Shown here: piece after piece, positions 35,923-47,699 of the stretch | How the letters are laid out: each line of letters begins with the position of its first letter | Position numbering within the stretch: position 1 is the stretch's first letter | Assembly: GCF_006345805.1 (NCBI RefSeq) | Contig: NC_043021.1 | Location: 15,438,001 to 15,502,000, forward strand | Reading direction: 5' to 3' | From: Octopus sinensis | Lineage: Eukaryota | DNA length: 64,000 bases | Translations under genes and position numbers: made by a program | The notes under the pieces: model-generated | Told to the model about the DNA's origin: nothing | Databases searched by the model: none | Seen by the model: the letters and a program-made list of their open reading frames with translations, nothing else

Positions 35923-36823
35923 ATGTATGTATGTGTGTATGTGTGTGTGTGTATGCATGTGCAAATGAATCCAAGCATGCGTTAGTGTTTAGCCTGACAA
36001 ACAGGAGACAGATGTGTGTCAGTGTGTTAAGTGTCACACGTGCCACCACCTCATGCTTCAACATGTGGTTCTGTTGTGATGTGTAAGCGTGGCAAAGTGT
36101 AAAATATGGGGGTCGGAGAGAGAGAGCGGGGGAAGATGATGATAATGTCAGTGGATGGAAGGCTGTACAGGAAATATGGGTCTAGGAACGCGCCAGGAAG
36201 AAGGGCTTTCTAGCATACACACACACCACACACACACACACACACATGAAGAGGTGGGGATAACAACAGACGCAAATATATGAAGAGGAAGAGGTTTTTT
36301 ATAGCAGGTGCATGGATATATGCAGCATTTGACAACTTAAGTGAAGTTGATAGCATTACAGGAAGGAAGAGAATTAGTTTGAAATTGATGGGGAGGGGGA
36401 AGGAAGGGGGGACAAAGTGAAGGAATGAGAGAGAGAGAGAGGGAGAGGGAGGGGGGTTTATAAAAAGTAAATCAAAATAGAAAACTGAATGAAAAGTGAG
36501 AAAATACACAATGAGAGGGAGAATGAAAATTGATGACAGAAAGAATAATATTAGGGAGGGAGGAGAGAGAGAGAGAGAGAGAGAGTGTGTGTGTGTGTGT
36601 AAAACAAAGGGAAGAGGGAGAGAGAGAGAGGATGGAAATGAGTTAGAGATGGAGAAGAGAGAGACAGGCAGAAAGATGTATGTGGAGAGTGTGTGCAAGA
36701 TGAAAGAGTGTGAGTGGAAAGTGTGTATATAGGTGAAGAGTATATGTAGATGTGCAGAGGGTGTACAAGTATGTAGAGGCAGTGTGTGTGTGTATATATA
36801 TATATATTATATATATATATATA

Positions 36824-36877
<54 letters not shown>

Positions 36878-37030
36878 GGTGACAAGACAGAGAGATTGTG
36901 TGTGTGTGTGTGTGTTGTGGTGTGTGTGTGTGTGTGTGAAAGCATGTAGTGCTCTTGTATGTTGTGACACACATCCACATAAAGGCTATGCAAGACATGC
37001 ACACACACACACACACACACACACTGCAGT
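35815..37030. repeat. (TG)n, purine-rich (GA)n and (TA)n low-complexity region
   Basis: Seen directly. Confidence 0.85.
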
Positions 37031-37119
37031 ATACAGTTATACATTATGGAGCTTGTTTCTAAAGTCTCATGGTTGCGTGAAAAATAAAAATTGGATCAAA
37101 TAGGATTAGTTTGTTTTAA

Positions 37120-37339
37120 CCCTTTAGTGTTTAAACCGGCCATATCTGGCCCAGATATTCCACATGTTTTATATTCAAACTGGCCAGATCCAGCCTCTCC
37201 CATTTAACCTACAATGTCATTCTTAAAATAAACAATCACGTCACTGAAACCTCAAAGCTATAAGATAATGCATGATTAATTCAAAACAATTTGAGTGAAA
37301 AAATATTACATTTAACTGAATAATCTGAACACTAAAGGG
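37120..37339. mobile_element. piggyBac-type MITE family P1 (220 bp)
   Basis: TTAA at 37116-37119 and 37340-37343; perfect 12-bp TIR CCCTTTAGTGTT. Confidence 0.92.
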
Positions 37340-37464
37340 TTAAATGACAGAAAAATAAAAAGTGAGGATACAGTACATTTTCCATATAGAAAACAAAAAA
37401 AAATTCATACCATATATATATATATAGGTGGTTGTTAAACAATGATGATGTGTATGTTGCTGGT

Positions 37465-37784
37465 GCTGGTGGCAGGTGAAAAAACATTCGAACGAGGTTG
37501 TTGCCAGTGCCACTGGACTGGCTCCTGTGCAGGTGGCACATAAAAAGCACCATTTGAGTGTGGCTGCTGCCAGTATCACCTGACTGACCCTTGTACCAGT
37601 GACACGTAAAAGCACCCACTACACTCTCGGAGTGGTTGGCGTTAGGAAGGGCATCCAGCCGTAGAAACTCTGCCAGATCAGATTGGAGTCTGGTGCAGCT
37701 GGTTCGCCAGACCTCAGTCAAATCGTCCAACCCATGCTAGCATGGAAAGCGGACGTTAAACGATGTTGATAATGATGATGATGA
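37465..37784 (+). mobile_element. Family C copy
   Basis: Units plus a complete RTE tail. Confidence 0.9.
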
Positions 37785-37899
37785 TATATATATATAAAGA
37801 CAAATAGTAGATAATGATCATTATATATTTTTCCTTTATTAGAGCAAATTTGGTTTGCAGCTGCTTCCACTAGTCATTAAAGGTGTGTTACTGATAGGT

Positions 37900-37953
37900 T
37901 TACTCAATCGGTCTATTGATCGGTTGAGAAAAGTTGAACAACCTGGTTATCTC

Positions 37954-37990
<37 letters not shown>

Positions 37991-38110
37991 GCCGAAATTG
38001 CTAGGATGATCCGGTTCTTGACTGAAGATTGAAGGCTTCGAATGTCCCGTCCGTGTTTTTTGTATCGTCTTCTAAATGTTTTATGTTCTTGTCCCAGTTT
38101 GTATTTTTCT
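37900..38110 (+). mobile_element. Possible Penelope-like 3' end or terminal-repeat fragment
   Basis: TTACTCAATC...GGTTGAGAAAA also occurs near 41030-41070; CTGAAGA...CTTCGAATGTC core-like motif; T-rich end abuts (TA)n. Confidence 0.4.
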
Positions 38111-38116
38111 ACATAT

Positions 38117-38139
<23 letters not shown>

Positions 38140-38154
<15 letters not shown>

Positions 38155-38520
38155 GTGAGTGTTTCTTGTTGCCAACCATCACCTGTTTCAAAGTCGGGTA
38201 ATATTCCCCCATGACCGGGCATGTTTTTATGGGAGATTGCAAATGGACACTGCTTGCATGACGGTGACACTCGCCTACAGCTATCACATGATGTGAAGGC
38301 AGTGAGACAGTAACATACGCACATACATGCAAAACTACACACACAAACACACATACATAACTGGCTTCTTCCAGGTTTTGTCGGCTGAATTCACTTCAAT
38401 CAGCTTTAGTAAGGCCTCGTGCTGTAATAGAAAAACACTTGCCTGAGGTGCCACACATGCGGGGATTGAACCTGGAACTATGTGGTTGGAAAGCAAACTT
38501 CTTACCACGCAGCCACACCT
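38140..38520 (-). mobile_element. SINE family D
   Basis: A-type head at 38400-38520; D body is shared with 41165-41395 and about 25885-26000. Confidence 0.72.
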
Positions 38521-39039
38521 CCAGGAAACGGACATTAAGTGGTGATGATAGTAATGATTGGATGCAGTTGTTGGCAAGTAGAAGGTAAGAAATACCCAAC
38601 AAGACTTGTGTTGTAAGTGAGATTCCTTGACAACACGAAAGCATAAATTTCTGCCAAATAAACCAAACGCATAAATAAAAGTGGAACGAAGAAGGCGTAA
38701 AGAAGTAATTCCGTAAAAGCTGCGAGTAATTCTATTCAGGAAATATCAAAGATTTATCCCAACTCCAGCAACATATTTCACCATAATTTTTTTTTTTTTT
38801 TCCTCACCTGAGCTAAAAGGATCTATAACAGATAATGGAATAAAAATGGAGAAAGGAAGGAGGGAGGGAGGGAGGGTTACTTTTTTTGCTTTTGTTTTGT
38901 TATTCTTTATTTTTTTTTTTTTATATATATATATTCTCTGCAAGATAGTAATATACATATATAATATTCAGGTCCATCTTTGTAAAGATAAATAATATTG
39001 AATTTTCTGTAAAATTCAATATTTTCTGTAAACATATAC

Positions 39040-39052
39040 GTGGTGTGTGTGC

Positions 39053-39094
<42 letters not shown>

Positions 39095-39860
39095 TATCTA
39101 TATATAGTATATATATATATATATATAGATATATATATATATTATATAGTATATTTATGTATATATATATAATATATATGTAATATATATATATATATAT
39201 ATATGTATATAGATATATATATATATGTACTATCTATTATATATATATGTATATCTATCTATATATATATATAGTATCTCTATCTATATATATATATATA
39301 TATATGTATATCTATATCTATATATATGTATATAATCTATATAATATATAATATATATGTATATTATCTAGACTATTATATATATATACATACATATTTA
39401 CATACATACATATTACATCTATATATATATATACATATCACCATACCTACCTATACATATTACATATCAATACATATACATATATATATATATTACATAT
39501 CTACATAATATACATATATACATATCTACAACATATACATATATATATATATATGTACATATCTACATACATATATACATATATACATAATATACATATA
39601 TATCTATTATACATATACATACATATATATATACATACATACATATACATATATATATATGTACATATATATACATACATATACCTACATACATACAACA
39701 TATATATATATACATACATACATACATACATATATATATATACATATATACATACATAATATATATATATACATATACATACATATAATACTATATATAC
39801 ATATATACATACATATATATATATATATATTATATATACATACACTATATATATATTGTT
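39040..39860. repeat. Giant (TA)n/(TACA)n microsatellite
   Basis: Seen directly. Confidence 0.95.
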
Positions 39861-40502
39861 TGAAATTTTTTGAAATTGCTAAAATTCATAGATGTGTTCG
39901 TATATGCATGATTAACTCTATCACGCCTGTATTTCTAATGTAATACACTATCCATGTGTTTCAATTAATTCCGTATATAATCAAGAATTTGGAGCGTGTT
40001 TAGTCAAAATGAATTCTCGTATGTTTAAGCTGATGCTTGGAGCGTAACGAAAATGATGATGGTTGGTTTAAATTTAAATAGGAGCATTTTGTAGCTGACT
40101 GGTTTGCATGAAAGGACCGGGGCTAACCTCGGGTGGTTTTCTATTGAAGCGGGTGAAATGTCAATGTTTCTGTTTCTTGCTTTGGTATGTTAATTAACTT
40201 GAAGTAATTAATACTGCTATTGCAATATTTATTTGCTTACCTTGAGCAGGTATCTTCTGCGATAGACCTGGGCCAATTGAAGCCTTGTCAGTTGATTTGT
40301 TAGAGGGAAACTATGAGAAACTTGTGTGTGTATCTGCTGGGTGGTTGGTGTTAGGAAGGGCATCCAGCTGTAGAAATCCTGCCAAAACAGTCACAGAAGT
40401 CTGGTGCAGGCTTCTACCTGGCCGGCTCCTGTCAAACTGTCTTACCCATGACATCATGGAAGGTTGATATTAAAACAATGATGATATATATACATATATA
40501 TT

Positions 40503-40909
40503 ACTCTTTACTCTTTTAGTTGTTTCAGTCATTTGACTGCGACCATGCTGGAGCGCCGCCTTTAGTCGAGGAAATCGACCCTAGGACTTATTCTTTGTAA
40601 GCCTACTACTTATTCTATTGGTGTCTTTTGCTGAACTGCTAAGTTACAGGGATGTAAACACACCAGCATTGGTTGTCAAGCGATGTTGTGGGGGACAAAC
40701 AGACTTACAAACACACACACACATACACATACATATACATATATACAACAGGCTTCTTTCAGTTTTCGTCTACCAAATCCACTCACAAGGCTTTGGTCAG
40801 CCCAAGGCTATAACAGAAGACACCTGTCCAAGGTGCCACACAATGGGACTGAACCCAGAACCATGTGGTTGGTAAGCAAGCTTATTACCACACAGCCACT
40901 CCTGCGCCT
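40503..40909 (-). mobile_element. Full-length SINE family A
   Basis: Complete reverse-complement copy, tail-to-tail with a C tail at 40335-40485. Confidence 0.9.
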
Positions 40910-41122
40910 GTATGTACACACACACACACACACAAGACAAGGCATAAATGATGGTCATTATGTATTTCTTTATTGTAGTAAATTTTACTTACAGCTATTT
41001 CCAGTGGTCATTATAAGTTCGTTATTGTTTTACTCAATCATGCCATTGAGCGGTTGAGAAAAATTGAACTATCTAGAGAATTAATACTACTTTCATCAGT
41101 CATTTCATATATATATATATAT

Positions 41123-41159
<37 letters not shown>

Positions 41160-41164
41160 ATGCA

Positions 41165-41395
41165 TTTGTGTCTCCTTTGTCTTGACATTTATATGATAGC
41201 TGTAAACAAGCATCACTGTCATACAAGCAGTGTCGTTCGTTTCTAATATTTTACAGAAATATGTCCGGCCTTGGGGAAATATTATGTAGCTTGGAAACAG
41301 GCGATGGATTTTCCACAGCATCCAGCTGTAGAATATCTGCTTCAACAGTTTCATCTTGACCCATGCGAACATGGAAAAGCAAACACAAGTGTTAA
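41165..41395 (+). mobile_element. SINE family D, 3' half
   Basis: CTTGACAT...GGGGAAATATTA...GGAAACAGG...CATCCAGCTGTAGAA...CATGGAAAAG. Confidence 0.7.
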
Positions 41396-41479
41396 AATGA
41401 CGGCAACAATGATTTAAATTCTGCCTAATTCACATACTGAGAAATATTGTGATGAAGCCCTTTGGCTCATTAGGCCATA

Positions 41480-41722
41480 GTTTAACTTGGTTTCCATGGT
41501 GTACAGGTGACTAGGATCACAACACTTTCCTCTGAACGGGAAGCCAGTCTGTTGCAGATTCAACTTCCCTTCTAAGCCTTTGCTGGAGCTCATTTACAGC
41601 TTAGTGAAGTTTAGCAACGTGAAGTGTTTTGCTCATGAACACAACATACCACTTTGTCCAGGAATGAAAACCATGATCTTAGAATTGTGAATTGCAATGC
41701 CCTAAGCACAAGGCCATGCACT
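41480..41722 (-). mobile_element. Decayed SINE family E
   Basis: Head, CORE-like GAGCAAAACACTTCA block and V-like block on the minus strand. Confidence 0.6.
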
Positions 41723-41970
41723 TTCACAGAAAAGTAATCAATTAAATAAACAGAAAGGAAGAGGAAAATTAAAACAAATGAAGTGCTCGTGTAAAGAGGA
41801 GGGGTATGTTTTTATGTTAAGCCATTTTGGTTTCTGTGTCATCCTGGTATTAAAAAAAATATCATCATAAGTCTTTATAAAACACTTATCTTGTGTGTAG
41901 TTTTCCTTGTTTTATTTGCAATTTTATTTATGTGGTGTTCTATGTAACCACACACCCAGTTTTTGTATTC

Positions 41971-42312
41971 ATCATCATCATTGTTTAACATCCGTTTTCC
42001 ATGCTAGCATGGGTTGGACGGTTTGACCGGGGTCTGGGAAGCCAAGTGGCTGCACCAGGCTCCAGTCAGATCTGGCAGTGTTTCTACAGCTGGATGCCCT
42101 TCCTAACGCCAACCACTCGTGAGTGTAGTGGGTGCTTTTTATGTGCCAGGCAAGGCTGGCAACGGCCACGATTAGTTGGTGCTTTTTACGTTCCACTGGC
42201 ACGGAAGCCAGTCAAGGCGGCACTGGCATTGGCCACATTTGGGATGGTGCATTTTACATGCCACCGGCACATGTATCACAACTACAATTTCCATTTGATT
42301 TTTTGATGTTGA
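41971..42312 (-). mobile_element. Probably full-length family C
   Basis: Includes the 5' leader TCAACATCAAAA...GGAAATTGTAGTTGTGATAC also seen at 63372. Confidence 0.88.
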
Positions 42313-42982
42313 TTTAAAAAAAAAAATTTTTTTTTTGAAGTCAGTCCCTCCCAGTGAATGGAATAGTCTGTCAGAATTGATTGCTGAGGTGATCCTGGTT
42401 CCTGTATCTATCAACATGGGGATGGGAAGAGATAAGAGTCTATCCTTTAAAGGGATCAATTTTCCGTGATATGTTAAACTGCAAGACTTTCATTCATCCT
42501 ACTTTCAATGTTAAGGTCGTCAGATCGATGACTTTCTCAATAATTCCTCCTACGAAAGAAAGCTAATGGAGAAATTCTAAACTTTTGGCAATGCCATATA
42601 CAGAATTACAATGAATTGTATTCACGCATATATAAACAAGATGTTACACAATGCAGCGATTCTATCAAAGTTGACAGTTCTTCGTATGTGTGTCACAATT
42701 TATGCTATGGTTTACGATACAGATTCTATTTTTAGATAGCTTTTAGGCTGTAACCAATATTTGCTGCTTCCATCTTTGCATGTTGTGCGAACCTTTTATG
42801 AAAGATAATCACCTAAAGATCAAAATTAACGAACCACAGTGGAAATTAATCTGACTAATTTTAATGTAACATTAAAGCATTATCTTTTTTCATTTTCAAA
42901 TTATTTTTCTTTTTTTGCTTTTTGTTTTTTTGTGTTTGTTTTTTTTTTTTTTTTATCTTTTATCCTTTATAACTTGTTTCAA

Positions 42983-43250
42983 AGGTCTGTGGCTTTGTGG
43001 TTAGGGTATTCAGCTCAGAGTTAATTGTAAGGTTGTGAGTTCAATTCCCAGCTGTGTGTTGTCTCCTTCAGCAAGATGCTTTATTTCATGTTGCACCAGT
43101 CTACTCAGCTGGCAAAAATGAGTTGTACCTGTAATTTGAAAAGGGACCAGCCTTGTCACAGTCTGTGGAGGGCTGAGCCACTTGCCTGTTCCTTTCACGA
43201 GCAGGCTGGAACATTCACCATCATAACCAACAGGATGCCAGTTTTTATTA
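42983..43250 (+). mobile_element. SINE family F
   Basis: TGGCTTTGTGGTTAG and GAGTTCAATTCCC boxes; matches 16522-16808. Confidence 0.72.
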
Positions 43251-43314
43251 CATGTTTCAGCCATTAGAACAGGACCAAGCTGAAGCATTGCCTTGCAGGT
43301 TTTAGTCACACAAA

Positions 43315-43655
43315 TTGACCACAAGTCTGTTATTTATTCTATCAGTTGCTTTTGCTTAACTGCTAAGTTACATGGACAAAAGTGAGCCAAGACTGGTTGT
43401 CAAGCTGTGGTGGGGGGGGGGGCAAACACAAATGTACACACATACACGTATACACATGCATACATCCGTATGTATGTTTGTATATATATATATATGATGT
43501 CCTTCTTTCAAGGTACCACCTACCAAATCCACTCACAAGGCTTTGGTTAGCCTGGGGCTATAGTGGAAAAAATTTCTCTAAGGTGTCAGTGAAATTGAAC
43601 CTGGAGCCATGTGGTTGAGAAACAAACTTCTTACCATGCTGCCATGCCTACGCCT
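43315..43655 (-). mobile_element. Decayed family A
   Basis: CTACCAAATCCACTCACAAGGCTTTGG and head motifs. Confidence 0.75.
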
Positions 43656-44530
43656 ATTAAAAGATATGAAATGCTTCACAAATTTGCATCTCATCCTTAT
43701 GCAGGTATATTGGCCTTCTTGTATCAAAAAAAAGGGGGGGGGGAAGAAATATTTTTGAAATTAATGAAACCAAATGAAATAAATGGAAATTTTCCTTGTA
43801 AAAAATCTAATGGAAAAAAATTTTATTTAGATTTTAGTTTGTTTTTCTAAGAATGTATTTTGTGTTTTATTTATGCAAACACATTTCTCTGTCAGACTAA
43901 TAATGATACTGTGTTTCTCCTGGAAACAAATGAAGTGACCTGGCTAATTAATTTGTGATCAGAATCTGGATTTTGTATGATATAGAAAGGTTAAGAGACT
44001 GTCGGGTGAAGATAGAAAGAAAACTGAGGGGTGCAAGGGAACAATGACCTGCTCTTGTTATTGTAGTAACTGTTGCTGTCTTTGCATAGTCTTGGTCAGT
44101 CTATCTTTAAATCAAAAATATTCAAGCCATCATCACTCTATCTTTACTTTATTTTCGCACACTTATTCTCTTCTTTAAGAGAGTAAGGTGTAATTAAAAG
44201 GAGAATGAGGTACTGTTTCTAGCATGTTGTGTGACTTTGTACAGGCTACTTCATTGAGTTGTGCTACCTTATTATTATTTTTTTTTTTTTGCATTGTGCT
44301 TTGGTTTATCAAGAGAAGTTATAGGGTCTAATTTCATCCACTTAACTGTGAAATTAGGTTTCATGGTTTTTCCAGTAATGATCTTAATATCTACCAAAAA
44401 ATTGGAATTAGTATTTGCTGCAAGTCACGTTGGCTCAGTGAACTCGACAAATCTCAACAGAAAGAAATTTCGAACGGGACATTCCTCAACAAAAAATAGA
44501 TTGGTGTATAAAACTACCTTCTGCAGTTAA

Positions 44531-44752
44531 CCCTTTAGTGTTTGCATTATTCTGCCAAAATTAATGCTTTTTCATCCACATTGTTTTGAACTAATCATTC
44601 ATTAATCTTGTAGCTATGAGATTTTAATGAGGTAGCTGTTAATTTTTAAAACGATATTGTAGGGTTGGTGTGAGAGACCAGATCTGGCCAGTTTGAACAT
44701 AAAACAGGCAGAATACTTTTGGCCGGATATGGCCGGTTTAAATGCTAAAGGG
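44531..44752. mobile_element. piggyBac-type MITE P1 (222 bp)
   Basis: TTAA at 44527-44530 and 44753-44756; CCCTTTAG...CTAAAGGG termini. Confidence 0.9.
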
Positions 44753-44855
44753 TTAAAGGTAATTAAGTCTTAAGTGGATGTATCTAATTTCCACAATAAA
44801 AGTGTGAATGATAATTTAGGACAGATGGGGCTTTTATATATATATGTGCCTGTGT

Positions 44856-45297
44856 GTGTGCAGGCATGGCTGTGTGGTAAGAAGCTTGCTTCTCAATCAC
44901 ATGGTTCCGGGTTCAGTCCCACTGCATGTCACCTTGGGCAAGTGTTTTTTACTATAACCTTGGGCTCACCAAAGCCTTTTGAGTGAATTTGTTTGAAACT
45001 GAAAGAAGCCTGTTGTATTTATATGTATATATATATATATATATATAAATATGGATACTGAAAGAAGCCCATCATATATTATATATGTATATATTTATGT
45101 CTGTGTGTCTGTTTGCCCCCTACCATTGCTTGACAACCACTGTTGGTATGTTTATGTCCCTGTAACTTAGCAGTTCGGTATAATAAGTAACTAGGCTTAC
45201 AAAGAATAAGTCCTGGGGTCAATTTCTTCAACTGAAAATCCTTTAAGGTGGTGCTCCAGCATGGCTGCAGTAAAATGACTGAAACAAGTAAAAGAAT
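44856..45297 (+). mobile_element. Full-length family A with an internal duplication of GAAACTGAAAGAAGCC plus microsatellite
   Basis: CTGAAAGAAGCC occurs at about 44998 and 45057. Confidence 0.85.
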
Positions 45298-45314
45298 GAA
45301 AGAATATATATATA

Positions 45315-45718
45315 TATATCATGATGATCATCACCATCGTGTAACGTCTGTTTTCCATGCTGGCATGGGTTGGACTGTTTGACTGGAGCTGGTAAGGGCA
45401 GGGATTGCACCAGACTCCAATATCTGTTCTGACACGGTTTCTACAGCTTGATGCTCTTCCTAATGCCAACCACTCCCCAGAGTGCACTGGGTGCTTTTTA
45501 TGTAGCAATTCTGCTGTGGTGGACAAGTATTCTTGGGTACAGCAATGCACCAGATATGTCGGTCCTTAGTCATCACCTTCGTAAGGCTCAGTGTCATGAG
45601 ACCAGCCTTCAGTACTTCGTCCCATGTCTTCCTGGGTCTCCCTCTTCCACAAGCTCCATCCACTTCAAGTGAATGGCACTTCTGTATGCAACTGTCTACA
45701 TCCATCCACAAGATATGT
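45315..45718 (-). mobile_element. RTE LINE 3' fragment (RT C-terminus plus 3' UTR)
   Basis: ORF 45460-45726 contains LEVDGACGRGRPRKTWDEVLKAGLMTLSLTKVMTKDRHIW; it runs directly into the C-family tail. Confidence 0.88.
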
Positions 45719-46018
45719 GGAGGCACATGGCCTAGTGGTTAGAGCAGCGAACTCGCGGTTGAGGGGTCGCGGGTTCGAATCTCAGACTGGGCGATATGTG
45801 TGTTTATGAGCAAAACACCTAAGCCCCACGCGGCTCTGGCTGAAGGTAATGGTGAACTGCTGGCTCTTTCGCCACAACTTTCTCTCACTCTTTCCTCCTG
45901 CATCTTGCAGCTCACCTGCAATGGACCGGCGTCCCGTCCAGGTGGAGAACCTATACGCCAGGGAAACCGGGAAGCTGGCCCTTATGAGCCAGGTATGGCT
46001 CGAGAAGGAACAAACAAA
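45719..46018 (+). mobile_element. Young tRNA-derived SINE family E
   Basis: A box TGGCCTAGTGG, B box GGTTCGAATC, CORE-like GAGCAAAACAC, V-like CCTGCAATGGACCGGCGTCCCGTCCAGG, ACAA tail. Confidence 0.82.
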
Positions 46019-46149
46019 TCCACAAGATTGTGTGTGTGTGTGTGTGTAAAGTACAGATAAAATTGTGTCTAAAGATGTAATAGGCTTATATAATAAGTGC
46101 TTCTGTTGGCTTATGTATGAGAGAGATTGTCTTACGTTGAGCTATTTAA

Positions 46150-46361
46150 CCTTTTTGGTTTCATACCTCCTAGTTTTGCCCTTGATTACATGATAAAATC
46201 TTCATCTTACAAAGTTACCTGCATTAAAATCTCCCATCGAAATTGCATGGTAATTTATGTTCCAAACGCTGCCTTAATATTTTACGGAGCCCTTCTTTGT
46301 CTTAAAACTTAAATAGAGTTTAAAAGCAGCGTATTTCAACAAAAATATGGTAACAAAAACG
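46150..46361. mobile_element. Old piggyBac-type MITE P2
   Basis: TTAA at 46146-46149 and 46362-46365; degenerate TIRs; core shared with 13313-13742. Confidence 0.6.
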
Positions 46362-46904
46362 TTAAGTCACCAGCTGGAACATTACCACAAACGAAAACAA
46401 GGTAAATATTATGATGGATGAGTTTCTTGGCAATATATATTGCATTGTAACATTTTTTTTACGTGGTTGTTTTATACAGGTTTCTTCATCACAGCTTCAG
46501 TGTTTGCCATCGTTCTTCCCATATTTTCTTCGAGGAGGAACCTCTGCAAATGAATTCCTTCAGGTGTTCTTCAGCTCAAAGTCATATACATCTGTTCGCT
46601 TGTCAGAAGTTTGTACTTACCTGTAATCGTAAACATATCAACACATTCTTGCCCCCTCCCCTTCCCTTCCCCTCCCCCCCTCTCTCTCTCGTGTTACTGA
46701 CTACATAACATTTTTTCCCTAACCAACAACAACCTGCTAACAGCTAATGTTTTCAGATCCATATTCTGTCTACATTTACCATAAATTTATTATTGTACTT
46801 AGTAATAATGGAACCCGCAGAACTCATAAGTCTTCGTGTAACTTCAGCAAATGTTTACTTGATATTGCAACTGCAAATAGTTTATACTCTTTCCTTCTCC
46901 GCCT

Positions 46905-46905
46905 C

Positions 46906-46978
<73 letters not shown>

Positions 46979-46980
46979 CA
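46905..46980. repeat. Perfect (CTA)n microsatellite
   Basis: Seen directly. Confidence 0.95.
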
Positions 46981-47199
46981 TTGGGCTTCCTGTTTTTCTC
47001 TTGACTTCTTAGCTTGATTAATGTATTCAAATACCACTGCAATCACATACCATTCTCCGATTCCTACGCCTTTGCATCAAACTCGCACAGACCAAGGAGC
47101 ATTCTTTGATGCCTGTTAAACCCTTTTTACATTTCCCCTACATTGCTGTCCAGGCCTTCTTATTCACCTTTACCTTTCATTCAAATAAAAAAAAAAAAA

Positions 47200-47450
47200 T
47201 CCTTTCTACTATAAGCACAACAACAACAACAACGGTATTAATAATAACCCTTTCTACTATGGGCACAAGGCCTGAAATTTGGGGAAGGGGGAATAGTTGA
47301 TTACCTGACCCCCAGTGTGTAACTGGTACTTAGTTTATCAACCCTGAAAAAATGAAAGGCAAAGTTGACCTTGGCAGTATTTGTAGCAGCAGACGAAATA
47401 CTGCTAAGTGTTTTGCCCAGCATGCTAGCGATTCTTCCAGCTCACCATCA

Positions 47451-47481
<31 letters not shown>

Positions 47482-47660
47482 AATAATAATCATCATCATC
47501 ATCATCATCCTCCTTCTCCTTTCTACTGAAGGCACAAGGCCTGAAATTTGAGGGGAGGGAACTAGTCAATTTTATCGACCCCAGTGTTTCACTGGTACTT
47601 AATTTATCGACCCCGAAGGGTGAAAGGCAAAGTCAAACCTCGCCGGAATTTGAACTCACT
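47200..47660 (-). mobile_element. Head-to-tail B2 cluster
   Basis: CCTTTCTACTAT tail starts at about 47201, 47249 and 47519, with (AAC)n/(AAT)n spacers. Confidence 0.82.
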
Positions 47661-47699
47661 ACTTTAATACTAATAATCTTATTTTCTTTTCCTGTTTCA

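Noticed and set aside
45719-45800. tRNA gene
   Set aside because: A and B boxes are present but no acceptor stem closes, and it continues into a SINE body found elsewhere in the window.
46470-46620. Selenoprotein-like TGA read-through on the minus strand
   Set aside because: No recognisable selenoprotein motif or SECIS element seen.
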